Positions 1 to 9,213 of a stretch of 64,000 nucleotides of DNA are shown here, in pieces. The position numbers and the translations under genes were made by a program. Location: the IMG/VR virus record IMGVR_UViG_3300035686_000079, one strand, 5' to 3'. The stretch comes from an uncultured virus (IMG/VR IMGVR_UViG_3300035686_000079) (lineage: Duplodnaviria; Heunggongvirae; Uroviricota; Caudoviricetes). Every line of letters starts with the position of its first letter. Positions within the stretch are counted from its first letter, which is position 1. The notes beneath the pieces were generated by a model. The model had not been told where the DNA came from. It was given only the letters and a program-made list of their open reading frames with translations, and ran no database searches.

Positions 1-10
1 CCCCACCTCA

Positions 11-1306
11 GTGCAGGAACAAAAACTGCGCTGGGGAAGGAAGATGCATCAAGAGCTGTATAACTCGGCATTGTCCAACCGTAAAACTCAGTACCAAAAG
101 TTTGGGAACAACGTTGATTACTACCACCAGCAAGGTAGCCTACCCGCTTTCAAGGAAGTTTGGGTAGAATACAAGTTACTCAATGCTGGTAGCTTGCAAG
201 CCACACTAAAACGTGTAGATTTTGCATATCAACGCTTTTTTCAAGGCTTAGGTAAGTACCCCCGTTTCAAGTCAATCCGACATTATTCTGGATGGACGTA
301 TCCCGACAGTCGCCAAGGCTTTAAAGTTCACACCACAGGTGTTAATGGCTATTTAGAGCTGACCGACCTAGGGATACAAATCCAGATGAGAGGAAAAGCT
401 AGAAGTTGGGGTAGACCAACGACCTGCACCATCGTCTACCGCCAGAACAAATGGTACGCATCTATAACAGTAGATATCACCAGTATCAAGCGAGAGCTAG
501 GGACAGGTGCTATTGGGATAGATATTGGTTGCAAGGCTGCACTAGCTATCACTGATGGTGAAAACCATCAATTGATAGATGCTCCTAAGTTTCTCCGCAA
601 GGCTGAAACTCAAATTAAGCAAGCATCTAAGTCTAAGCGTAGAAAAAGGGCACCAAATCGTAAGTCCAAGACCAAGGCTTCTAGACGATGGAAGAAGGCA
701 TCTGACCGAGTAGGCAAACTAACTCGCAAAGTAGCCAACTCCAGACAGAACTGGGTTCATCAGGTAGCAACAGAAATCACGCGCAGTAACAGCCTCGTTG
801 CTACTGAAAAGCTAGAAGTCAAGAATATGACCCGTAAGGCAAAGAAAGGTAAGCGTAAGAAGCAGAAGGCAGGACTGAATAAGTCTATCCTGGATGTAGG
901 TTTTGGGATGCTAAAGAGTGCAATTAAGTACAAGGTTGAAGAAGGTGGTGGGCAGTTCATTGAAGTACCCACCAGGAAAGTTAAACCTTCTCAAACTTGT
1001 CCTAAATGCGGACATCAGAAACCTAAAACATTGGATGAGCGCATTCATCAATGTGGTGAGTGTGGCTACCAACAGGATAGAGATATTGCCTCTGCTGAGG
1101 TCTGTCTTTACTGGGTCAAAGGTACTCTGCCGGGGCTGGGAACCAACCTCGTAGACGCCGATGGGTCTAGCTCTACTTCATCACCCAAGGGGCCCAAGTC
1201 CTGCGGAGGAATGAAGCAACTAGCCCAAGTGAAACGTCAAAAGTCTGTGCGCACTATAGTTGATAAAGGTGACGGGAATGCAGAAACCCGTCGCTCAACG
1301 AAGTAG
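11..1306 (+). CDS. tnpB: IS200/IS605-family RNA-guided endonuclease TnpB (true start may lie left of the window)
   Basis: RuvC motifs GIDIG, ATEKL, DRDIAS; zinc finger CPKC...CGEC; YPRFKS motif; 3' hairpin acccgtcgct...agcgacgggt followed by agttca at about 1320. Confidence 0.93.
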   Translation: MQEQKLRWGRKMHQELYNSALSNRKTQYQKFGNNVDYYHQQGSLPAFKEVWVEYKLLNAGSLQATLKRVDFAYQRFFQGLGKYPRFKSIRHYSGWTYPDSRQGFKVHTTGVNGYLELTDLGIQIQMRGKARSWGRPTTCTIVYRQNKWYASITVDITSIKRELGTGAIGIDIGCKAALAITDGENHQLIDAPKFLRKAETQIKQASKSKRRKRAPNRKSKTKASRRWKKASDRVGKLTRKVANSRQNWVHQVATEITRSNSLVATEKLEVKNMTRKAKKGKRKKQKAGLNKSILDVGFGMLKSAIKYKVEEGGGQFIEVPTRKVKPSQTCPKCGHQKPKTLDERIHQCGECGYQQDRDIASAEVCLYWVKGTLPGLGTNLVDADGSSSTSSPKGPKSCGGMKQLAQVKRQKSVRTIVDKGDGNAETRRSTK

Positions 1307-1371
1307 CGACGGGTAGTTCATTTCGGTACTCCGAATTAGTGGCGGGAGGATGTCAATTTTGGCGAGTGAAG

Positions 1372-1614
1372 CTAGGCGTTCCAGAACACGATCCTTTCTT
1401 GGATAGTCCCCTTAGCAACCCAGATAAAACCAGCGTCAATCATGTGCTTAAATAATTTTTCAAACTCAACCTTGCTTAGTGAAGGCATCCTTGCGTGAAT
1501 CTCTTCTGGGGATATGCAGACCACGCCCTGAAGCTCTTGGCGCTTCCTTTCATTAAAGTATGCTTCTTTGAATGCAATCTCTTCTGGTAAGTTGACAGAT
1601 GGCAAGTTGAACAT
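1372..1614 (-). CDS. Small hypothetical protein, possibly winged helix
   Basis: 80-aa ORF co-oriented with the upstream ORF. Confidence 0.55.
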   Translation of the reverse strand: MFNLPSVNLPEEIAFKEAYFNERKRQELQGVVCISPEEIHARMPSLSKVEFEKLFKHMIDAGFIWVAKGTIQERIVFWNA

Positions 1615-1656
1615 TTATTTGGCTCCTAGGTTGTCTGTCGGATGTATCTTCGTCAT

Positions 1657-2367
1657 TTAATACCCCAATAGTTTTTCCGCTTGTTTGGCTTCAATCCTTG
1701 CCAGCTCGTGCCTGTTTGCCCAAGCTGTATAATCGTCTGGGTCTGCAAATCCCCAATTAAAAGTGGTTTCAAGATCCAGATTCCGGAGCATTCTGTTAAT
1801 GCCCCTACCGATGATTTGTGCGATCGCTATAATCGGTGGCACGAGTTCGTTGTCGGCATCAATGAGCCGTTGTAAAACATCTCGGTCATCTCCCTCAAAG
1901 GGCTGGAAGATACTGCTGATGTTATCAGTCGTTATTAGTGATGCCTTGAGGGCGTTTGTAGCTAAAAGTTCTTCTGCCGTTACATCAAAATTTAGGTTCT
2001 GGGGGAATAGTACGGTTTGGCGATCGCTTAGGTTAGCCGTTATTCCTGCGGAGCGGTAAACCCAGCGCGTTTCGTCCTTTGAGCTGCTGGGCGTCCAGTC
2101 TCTTGAAAGAGATAGGGTCATTGGAGGAATTGGAAACAAGCTGAATATATCACTTCCCTCCGTTGTCACTTCGCAAACAGCGAGTTTAAACATTAGGATG
2201 TCGGGAACGATCGCCTCGACCAGGTCTCTGAACTCTCTACCAGCTAAAGACAGCTCTTTTGGGGATGAATACCAAGGCAACCCGGAGATAACGCCGCTGA
2301 TAAATCTACTTAACCTGGAAAATTCAACGCTATTTCGGTGTTGCAGTAGTTGATTTAAACTTTGCAT
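1657..2367 (-). CDS. Hypothetical protein
   Basis: 236-aa ORF with an SD-like GGAG upstream. Confidence 0.7.
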   Translation of the reverse strand: MQSLNQLLQHRNSVEFSRLSRFISGVISGLPWYSSPKELSLAGREFRDLVEAIVPDILMFKLAVCEVTTEGSDIFSLFPIPPMTLSLSRDWTPSSSKDETRWVYRSAGITANLSDRQTVLFPQNLNFDVTAEELLATNALKASLITTDNISSIFQPFEGDDRDVLQRLIDADNELVPPIIAIAQIIGRGINRMLRNLDLETTFNWGFADPDDYTAWANRHELARIEAKQAEKLLGY

Positions 2368-2427
2368 CGGTTCTTGACTCCATCGTTTTTCTGAACCATG
2401 ATTAGACTGTAAATAAAGTCTCAGGCG

Positions 2428-2670
2428 TTGTCAATGGCTGTCCAGAAAGTAAAAGGCAAAGGGTTGAAGGGTGTTCCTCGTACAGAGTATGAGGAAAAGA
2501 AAGTGGTAACGACCTTGTCGCTAACTCCAACGGCGATCGTACTCTTCGACACAGCGGCTACCTTGCTCAACCTCAGCCGAACGGCGCTTATGGAGCGTCT
2601 AGCCAGGGGCGATGAGGAGGTGTGGGAGGCAATAAAGCAAGCACCCTCCCAATTAGAAGTGAGAGGGTGA
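2428..2670 (+). CDS. Small DNA-binding protein, ribbon-helix-helix/CopG-like (likely ATG at 2434)
   Basis: Basic N-terminus, then TTLSLT strand and two helices (LNLSRTALMERLAR). Confidence 0.55.
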   Translation: MSMAVQKVKGKGLKGVPRTEYEEKKVVTTLSLTPTAIVLFDTAATLLNLSRTALMERLARGDEEVWEAIKQAPSQLEVRG

Positions 2671-2696
2671 ACTACCGATAACTACACTTACGGGTC

Positions 2697-3335
2697 TTAG
2701 GAACCAGGTAACAACTTCATTGCCTCACTCTTGCGCCTTTCCAGTTCTTGAATGCCTGCCGCTCCATCTTGTGAGGCTAGTTCTAGTAGAGCAGGATATC
2801 CAGATTCTATCAATTCTAGGCATTCTGCCAAGGATGCAGTCCTGCCTTCACGAAACCAGTGAACTTCAATTGGGTCTCCAAGTTTAAACAAAATACCATT
2901 AGGGGCGTTGAACGGCTGATAAGACTTGGTAATCCACAGTGCAACAACTCCAGGTTGCCGCTTGATACTAAATCCGGCCTGTTCCTGAAACCCTTCAGGG
3001 AGATGAGTTTCCCGTCGCTCCTCTTGTCGTTGAATCAAAAACGGGCATACCTTCATTGCCCACTCCATACAATCCCTATGGGAAGGGGGTTCGGAGATCG
3101 TTCGGTTGATGGCGCACATCGGACCGATGCCGAAAGCCAAATAAGCTCCTAATTTCTGTCCGCAGATCCAGCATAGTTTCTGTTTGACTGCGGGTTGTAT
3201 TTTTCGTGCGTCGATACAGCGAAAGTCATAGTTGTCGCCTACTTTGGCGGCAAACCAAGGAACGGGATAGCCGCGCTCGGTTGGAAGAGATTGTAATCGG
3301 CGGGGGATTGGGGGTAAATCTTGGCGGTAGTGCAT
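2697..3335 (-). CDS. Conserved phage protein with Cys/His motifs
   Basis: RGYPVPWF, CWICG, EPPSHRDC...CPFL pattern. Confidence 0.75.
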   Translation of the reverse strand: MHYRQDLPPIPRRLQSLPTERGYPVPWFAAKVGDNYDFRCIDARKIQPAVKQKLCWICGQKLGAYLAFGIGPMCAINRTISEPPSHRDCMEWAMKVCPFLIQRQEERRETHLPEGFQEQAGFSIKRQPGVVALWITKSYQPFNAPNGILFKLGDPIEVHWFREGRTASLAECLELIESGYPALLELASQDGAAGIQELERRKSEAMKLLPGS

Positions 3336-3363
3336 TGCAATATTTTCTGATTGATTTGAAGTT

Positions 3364-3588
3364 TCAGGGCATTACTTGTTGGACTACTCTCCTACCATCG
3401 TGCCAGTAGGCTCCAGTCCAGGCGTAGCGAACTGGAGGAGCGCCTTCTCCCGAATAGGCTGCTAGTTCTATGTTGAGTAGTGCTCTCTGGATGTTGACCT
3501 CAGCTTCTATGTCTCTACCGTGGTGTTTGTCCACTATTGCCTGCAATTCAAGCAACTTCGCTCTTTTTAAATGTTCTTCAGGGGTCAT
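3364..3588 (-). CDS. Hypothetical protein
   Basis: 74-aa ORF directly downstream of the terminase gene on the same strand. Confidence 0.6.
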   Translation of the reverse strand: MTPEEHLKRAKLLELQAIVDKHHGRDIEAEVNIQRALLNIELAAYSGEGAPPVRYAWTGAYWHDGRRVVQQVMP

Positions 3589-3633
3589 TGGTTAAGACTT
3601 TATATCATCGTTGGTTAAGACTTTATATCATCG
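3588..3633. repeat. Perfect 23-bp tandem duplication TTGGTTAAGACTTTATATCATCG x2 at the terL 3' junction
   Basis: Copies at 3588-3610 and 3611-3633. Confidence 0.95.
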
Positions 3634-5640
3634 TTTGCTAGTACCGGAGAAGGCAAATCGTTTCTGACCCGGTTCGTGAGGCACGAGTTGCATTCCAATT
3701 TCACAAAACGAATTAGCACTAAACCAGTGATCGGGTTGCCCTTGCGGCTCCAGCCATCGGCCATCCGGTAGTCGATCGCTTGTTAGATAGTGATGGAATA
3801 AATTACCTTGTTGTTTCGGATCAAAGTACAGCCCAGCAGGGAAATGCTGCCGTTTTTTGTAAATCCGCCACTTTACGCAGTCCAGGGCATACGTGCGATC
3901 GATGTTGTACACGATGGTTTCTGTGTCCTTGCGAGTGCTTTGAATTTTCCGAGGCTTTCTCTGAAACTGTTCCCCGCCTTTGAGTTGCATTTGATCGACC
4001 AAATACACCTGTCCAGGTGTTTCGTACCGCTTCTTGCCCCCTTCTGGCGGGTGAGATAAGGCATATTTAGCCGCTGACTGAAACTCCGGCTCGTTATCGA
4101 GAAACACAATGGTTACTCCATAGCGACGAACTAAATCGTCAATCCCTTCCTCAATCCCCTGGATTTCCTCCCACGCCAACACTTCAACGTGTGAATCGTT
4201 CCAAGCCTCCCCAGCATTTTTGTAGGGAGGGATGTACCATTTTTGAACGATCGCCCAGTTAGAATTTCGCCCTTGGTCAACGCCTGCAACGATGACAGTT
4301 TGCCATGTTTGAGCTTCTAATGGAACTTCTAAGCCCACACAGCTCGTCAAGCGAGTTAGGGAGATTTTGCCACCGCCCAAGCTATAGGGTTTGCCGAGGA
4401 ACTGGTGAATCCCGTCGTCTGGTTTCCGGGTCGTGAACATGAACTTAATTCGTTCCGCTGCCCGAAAACTGCGACTCGCTAACTTAGGGAGGCGTAGTGC
4501 GATCGTCTCTGTAATCACCTCCTGGTCATCTAAAGTTTGCACACACAATTCCCTCAAGGAGATTCCCGTGTTGACGCATTTAAACTCGCCCTCGGTTAAG
4601 TCTTTCCACCTCAGTTCCTTGGAGCAGCACTGACACCCCACATAAGCGGTGTCGTAGTAGATTTGTCGCTCTTTCCGGTCTAGAAGGATTATGTCGGTGT
4701 CGGGAACGCCCGGAGGGTTCTCTTTATGATGGAACCAACTCAAGGGGTGGCCGATATTGGAGATATAGCGCTCCTCCTCTACACCATCTTCGGTGACCAT
4801 CACGGGGCGAAGAAAGTTGCCAAACGGGTCGAGAAATTGCTCGGTTTGACAGTGAGGGCATGTGAGGTGCCACTGAAATAAGTAGGTTGCTCGGCGGATT
4901 TCTAAATCTACCGACGCCCCTTCATACGATGGAGTAGAACCAGCTCGTAATATAGACGATCGCAATGGAGTTCTCGCCATCCGCGCTTCACCAACGTCCA
5001 GCGCTCCATCTGGCATCAGCCCCCACTCGTCGCACCCCATTCCAAATGCCGTGAACGATCGCATGGATGGCGGGGCCTGGTACTCCTCATCTTTGGAACC
5101 GAACTTGGCACTAAATAAACTGAGGATCACATTGCCCACCATGATTGTTTGTCGAGAGTCAATGTCTTGTCCCCCTCCAATCGCTTCCTTGGTTTCTTGC
5201 TGGATTTGTTGGATTGCCTCGCAGCATCGAAAAGCTGGCTGAACTCGCTTGGCAGACATTTGCATCATCTTTTTGTCAGCCTCAAAGCCCAAACCAAAAT
5301 GCAGGCGAAGGTAGGCTAAATAGAAGGCACCAAAGGCGATGAGGAATTCCGTGAAGCCTACTTGTGCTGCTTTTTCGATTACAACGCGAGCGAACCAAGG
5401 GTTGCCGAATGCTAGGCAAAATTCATGCTGCCAAGGGTCATCCCATGTTAGGGGTTCCCCATCGTGGGTGCGATAGAACTTTTTTGTCCAATTCTTAAAT
5501 AACGCCCCCCCTTTTTCGTACCATAAGGCGATCGCTTTCCGCTTGGCTGCTAATCGTTGTGTTTCGAGGGCATTTCGCTTTCGTTTCCGAGACGACTTTT
5601 TGAGTGCTTGACTCTCAATGGTGCTAAGTTTGATAGGCAT
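3628..5640 (-). CDS. terL: Phage terminase large subunit, lambda GpA-like
   Basis: Walker A-like EKAAQVGFTE, Walker B GCDE, GSTP, CPHC zinc motif, nuclease motif AGVDQG and C-terminal PDHW. Confidence 0.85.
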   Translation of the reverse strand: MPIKLSTIESQALKKSSRKRKRNALETQRLAAKRKAIALWYEKGGALFKNWTKKFYRTHDGEPLTWDDPWQHEFCLAFGNPWFARVVIEKAAQVGFTEFLIAFGAFYLAYLRLHFGLGFEADKKMMQMSAKRVQPAFRCCEAIQQIQQETKEAIGGGQDIDSRQTIMVGNVILSLFSAKFGSKDEEYQAPPSMRSFTAFGMGCDEWGLMPDGALDVGEARMARTPLRSSILRAGSTPSYEGASVDLEIRRATYLFQWHLTCPHCQTEQFLDPFGNFLRPVMVTEDGVEEERYISNIGHPLSWFHHKENPPGVPDTDIILLDRKERQIYYDTAYVGCQCCSKELRWKDLTEGEFKCVNTGISLRELCVQTLDDQEVITETIALRLPKLASRSFRAAERIKFMFTTRKPDDGIHQFLGKPYSLGGGKISLTRLTSCVGLEVPLEAQTWQTVIVAGVDQGRNSNWAIVQKWYIPPYKNAGEAWNDSHVEVLAWEEIQGIEEGIDDLVRRYGVTIVFLDNEPEFQSAAKYALSHPPEGGKKRYETPGQVYLVDQMQLKGGEQFQRKPRKIQSTRKDTETIVYNIDRTYALDCVKWRIYKKRQHFPAGLYFDPKQQGNLFHHYLTSDRLPDGRWLEPQGQPDHWFSANSFCEIGMQLVPHEPGQKRFAFSGTSKR

Positions 5641-5643
5641 ACA

Positions 5644-6273
5644 ATGTATACAGATAAGGGGGTTGAGGTGCCAAAGCAGTCAAAATTAACGCCAGAAATT
5701 CATCAGACGATCGTTGAAGCGGTACGAGCTGGCAATTTTTTCTCTACAGCTTGCCGCATGGCAGGGATTAAGGAAAATACGGGATATGGCTGGCTAGCAC
5801 GGGGGCGAGGCATACGAGGAACTCCAGGTAGGGTATATCAAGATTTTGCCAAAGATATTGAAGCTGCTGAACCTGTAGCAGAAATAGCCGCCCTTCGCGG
5901 CATTATTGAAATTGGCAACGGTGTTGAGTTTATTAAAAAAAGTAAAACTTTTACAAAACCTGACGGCACGAGAGTTGAGGAAGTTGAACGAGAATTAGTC
6001 CGTGACTGGAAAGCTTTTGCTTGGTATTTAGAGCGAAAGTATCCACAGCGATGGGGTAAGCAGAAGATTGCCGAAGTGGAGGCTGTGAAAATTCTCCTAG
6101 AGGGCAATCGCTTGCCAGTTGAGGTAGTCGATCGAATTATCGAGGCAAGTGAAATTTACCAAGAGTCGATCGCTTCAGCCCTTGGTAATCATTTAGAAAA
6201 ACATTCCTCATCGACAGCTCCAGTAGACTCGGCAGATGACGATGAGGAGTGGATGGACGATGATGAGGATTGA
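5644..6273 (+). CDS. HTH protein, putative terminase small subunit (start ATG 5644 or GTG 5668)
   Basis: KLTPE...TACRMAGIKENTGYGWL helix-turn-helix; DWKAFAWYLERKYPQRWG motif; adjacent to terL. Confidence 0.65.
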   Translation: MYTDKGVEVPKQSKLTPEIHQTIVEAVRAGNFFSTACRMAGIKENTGYGWLARGRGIRGTPGRVYQDFAKDIEAAEPVAEIAALRGIIEIGNGVEFIKKSKTFTKPDGTRVEEVERELVRDWKAFAWYLERKYPQRWGKQKIAEVEAVKILLEGNRLPVEVVDRIIEASEIYQESIASALGNHLEKHSSSTAPVDSADDDEEWMDDDED

Positions 6274-6492
6274 TTCCGCGTAAATCACGACATTAAAAAA
6301 GGCAGGCGAAAGATGGTACAGATAAAAATCGATAATAGTCTGTGCTTTTAAATACTTTTTTATAAAACTTTTTATTTGGGCAAACATCAGTGATTTTACT
6401 GATGCCTGATTTGTTGTATTCCTTTAAAGTTACAGAGGCTTATAGTGCGATGAGTTTCGCGATCCATCGGGTGCTCCGTCCAAAAGACAACG

Positions 6493-7110
6493 ATGAAAAA
6501 AAACCTACAGACGCCAGATATCGATAACCTGTTCAAAGCAATCCAAAGTGAGGCACCCTCTTTTAGCGAGTGTCAACTTGAAGTGCAGGAGATAAATACT
6601 GAGTATTTGATTACTCTTTACTGCCAGCCAGAAACCCTAGACTTAGTATGGAACGATCGATCTGCCTTGGTAGTTCGCTTGTTTCAGTCGGGAATAAGAG
6701 GGAAACTGGTTTTCGTTGTCGGTGAAGTGCAGGTCGGTTCAGTAAAAATTAATCAAGACAACGCCTATGCGTTAATTGAGCAGGCGTCCATGCCGCAAGT
6801 CCCAACAATACGATCGGTCGAAGAAGTCCAGGAGATGCTATACGCATCATCGCTTCCAGCGCTAATGCTCGAAGAATCACTAGAAGATGATGCTCCGCCC
6901 AAGATTTTTTTGAATGGATTTGCCCGATCGCTTATCAGCCAAGTTGATTTTAAATTTTGGCTCTATCTGAGCAATGCATTGAAGCGCTGCTCAGATGCTG
7001 GTTGCTGGAAATTAAATCAGGAATTTCAATTCAACGAGCTTTGGTTTCGGCTGACTCTAGAAAAGGTTTTTACGGAATCCGGGTGTTATTGGTTGGCGCA
7101 TTTGCGCTAA
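6493..7110 (+). CDS. Hypothetical protein
   Basis: 205-aa ORF after an AT-rich promoter-like gap. Confidence 0.65.
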   Translation: MKKNLQTPDIDNLFKAIQSEAPSFSECQLEVQEINTEYLITLYCQPETLDLVWNDRSALVVRLFQSGIRGKLVFVVGEVQVGSVKINQDNAYALIEQASMPQVPTIRSVEEVQEMLYASSLPALMLEESLEDDAPPKIFLNGFARSLISQVDFKFWLYLSNALKRCSDAGCWKLNQEFQFNELWFRLTLEKVFTESGCYWLAHLR

Positions 7111-7762
7111 CATCGCTACCGTACATTAACGGAAATGCTGGTCCGCTACCCGTACCACCTTGACGGTCTTGTGATCGCGCTCTCAGCCATTGCGCTTCAG
7201 ATACCACATCCTCGTTAGGATCAAGAACCTGCTTCAAAACGCGGATCTGGCGATCATCTGGAGTTAGTTGCCCGTTTTTAAGCTGGAGATAGGTAGAGTA
7301 AGGGAAACCCATACCCCCTAGTTTGGTAAGTCTCGCTTCAACTTCTGTATCTGAAATCTCGAAATATCGTAGGCATTGAATAATTAATGCTTGCGTGCTG
7401 CTCATTTGATTACTGTCAATGTTAACCAAGATCATCATTAGCTCTCCAAAAGAATATTTTGTAAAAATAGCTACGAATTGTAATAGACCGACCTCGAATC
7501 CCCCTTCGTCATCGTCTAGATGCAAAAGGCGTAGGATGTTGGCGCTGTTAAAGGGCGCTGAACCTAGAGCATCAAGTTGCTCAGAGAGCATCTTCCTAAA
7601 GGTAGGAGCTGTTAATTGGTTATTTAAGAATGCCGCAAGCTCCTCATTTGTCAATGGGCTGCCTGCAATATTATTTTTTATATCTCGAATGATATCGGCA
7701 ACTCGAATCCTCCCAATTAAAGGGTAAAAATCCTTGGTCTTAGGTTTGCGCCGGATTGCCAT
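7070..7762 (-). CDS. Hypothetical protein, possible repressor-like helical DNA-binding protein
   Basis: 230-aa ORF; YSTYLQLKNGQLTP...LKQVL resembles an XRE-type helix; divergent from the 7890 ORF. Confidence 0.55.
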   Translation of the reverse strand: MAIRRKPKTKDFYPLIGRIRVADIIRDIKNNIAGSPLTNEELAAFLNNQLTAPTFRKMLSEQLDALGSAPFNSANILRLLHLDDDEGGFEVGLLQFVAIFTKYSFGELMMILVNIDSNQMSSTQALIIQCLRYFEISDTEVEARLTKLGGMGFPYSTYLQLKNGQLTPDDRQIRVLKQVLDPNEDVVSEAQWLRARSQDRQGGTGSGPAFPLMYGSDVSANAPTNNTRIP

Positions 7763-7889
7763 AAGATTCCACTAAGTAATGTAAAATAGAAAAAATTCTC
7801 GCTACCTAAAGAAAATCTCGCTGTGCGATCGAATTCCGTGGCGGGGGCTTTGGACTCGGCAAGCGAGATATTACTATTTACGTTTTAAT

Positions 7890-9140
7890 ATGCTAACAGC
7901 CAACGCGCTCAACCTCCAAGATATTAATCTTTCTGAGAAGACAACAGAACAAAACCACTATATCAGCCTTCAAGAGGATTTGCTTCTGGCGTCTTGGGTA
8001 TCGGACTTGCGCTGTAAAAAGACAAACTGGGGGCTAGCTAGGGGGAAATTTTACTACGAAGCGTTTGAAATCTTGGGAGACGATCGCATCTCTCAAACAT
8101 TTGGAAGTTTTCGGCAGCTAGCGATCCATCTCCACGAGCAACACAAAATCGCCTCGCCCAGTAGAGCTTATGAACTTAGACGTGCTTACACTGTATATTT
8201 GCGGATATTAGAGTTAGGTATTGAAATCCCGGCAAGGTCGCCGTTCAGTACTGAGGTTTTGCTAGAACTGGAGAAAGTTAAGGACGAACACTTCCAAGAG
8301 GCTGCCCAGTGGTGCAAAGATACCTGGGAGCAAACGGGAGAACTCAGGGCGATCGACTTCCTTAAGGAACTCCAGGAGGAATATCCGGCGATCGACTGGC
8401 TACGACGCAAGCCTAAGGAGCAGGTAGGTACGGGTACAACCAAAAAGCCAAAGAAGGATTTAGTAGAGCTAGAGCAAGCAGTACAAAATCAACGAGAGCA
8501 AATAGAGGAGCAAAAAGCGCGTATCAACGCCCTGTCCTCCAATCACCAGCAGTTAGAAGAGCAGTTGCTGGTTACAGCGAAAGAGCGAGACGAGTTCAAG
8601 CGCAAGGCTCAAGAGTTAGAGGAAAAGGTGCGAGAGCTGGAGGGATTGCTACAGCTACAGATCCCGGAGCCGCAAATCAGTACTCCAGAAGACGAACCAG
8701 AACTTCCCGTTGATTCTTGTGTGGAAGTTGAGAGTGAGACAATGGGGATTATCGCAAATCCAAGTTTCCCTAGTTTGCCGATATTTCAGTCTTCCCTCTT
8801 GCAAGCTTTAGATCAAAAGCGTCGGGAAGGAACGCAAGCGATCGTTGAATGCGAGTTCGGTGATTGGTCTGTCTACGATCAAGATGGAGAAATGCTGGGA
8901 GGCACAGAAGAAGGGGACGAGGCAGGACTGGAGCGGGTTATTAATGCGATCGTTCCACGGGTCATTTCAAACCTGCTCACGCCTGAGATGACATGTACCG
9001 CAAATCCTGAGACTGGATGCTACACATTGCAGGTTCCAGGAGAGGAAGAGGAAGTTTATCTCAGTGCTGCTTCTGTTGCGGCTCAAATCTTGCGTTTTAC
9101 ATCAAACCTGAATATCGGAGCCGGTAAGTTTCGTCGTTGA
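7890..9140 (+). CDS. Helical DNA-binding-like protein with a central coiled coil
   Basis: FGSFRQLA...SRAYEL N-terminal pattern; heptad-rich E/Q/K segment. Confidence 0.65.
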   Translation: MLTANALNLQDINLSEKTTEQNHYISLQEDLLLASWVSDLRCKKTNWGLARGKFYYEAFEILGDDRISQTFGSFRQLAIHLHEQHKIASPSRAYELRRAYTVYLRILELGIEIPARSPFSTEVLLELEKVKDEHFQEAAQWCKDTWEQTGELRAIDFLKELQEEYPAIDWLRRKPKEQVGTGTTKKPKKDLVELEQAVQNQREQIEEQKARINALSSNHQQLEEQLLVTAKERDEFKRKAQELEEKVRELEGLLQLQIPEPQISTPEDEPELPVDSCVEVESETMGIIANPSFPSLPIFQSSLLQALDQKRREGTQAIVECEFGDWSVYDQDGEMLGGTEEGDEAGLERVINAIVPRVISNLLTPEMTCTANPETGCYTLQVPGEEEEVYLSAASVAAQILRFTSNLNIGAGKFRR

Positions 9141-9163
9141 ACACCGTTCGATCGAACGGTGTT
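9140..9163. repeat. 24-bp palindrome, copy 1 (perfect; extends to 30 bp, 9137-9166)
   Basis: AACACCGTTCGATCGAACGGTGTT. Confidence 0.97.
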
Positions 9164-9213
9164 CAAACAAAAATCCCCCGATCGAATTGGATTCGATCAG
9201 GGGACGTGGTTGA

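Noticed and set aside
9140..9163. 24-bp palindrome as an ordinary intrinsic terminator or canonical parS
   Set aside because: No loop or U-tract, sequence-level identity across nine sites, and no match to TGTTTCACGTGAAACA; incidental termination is not excluded
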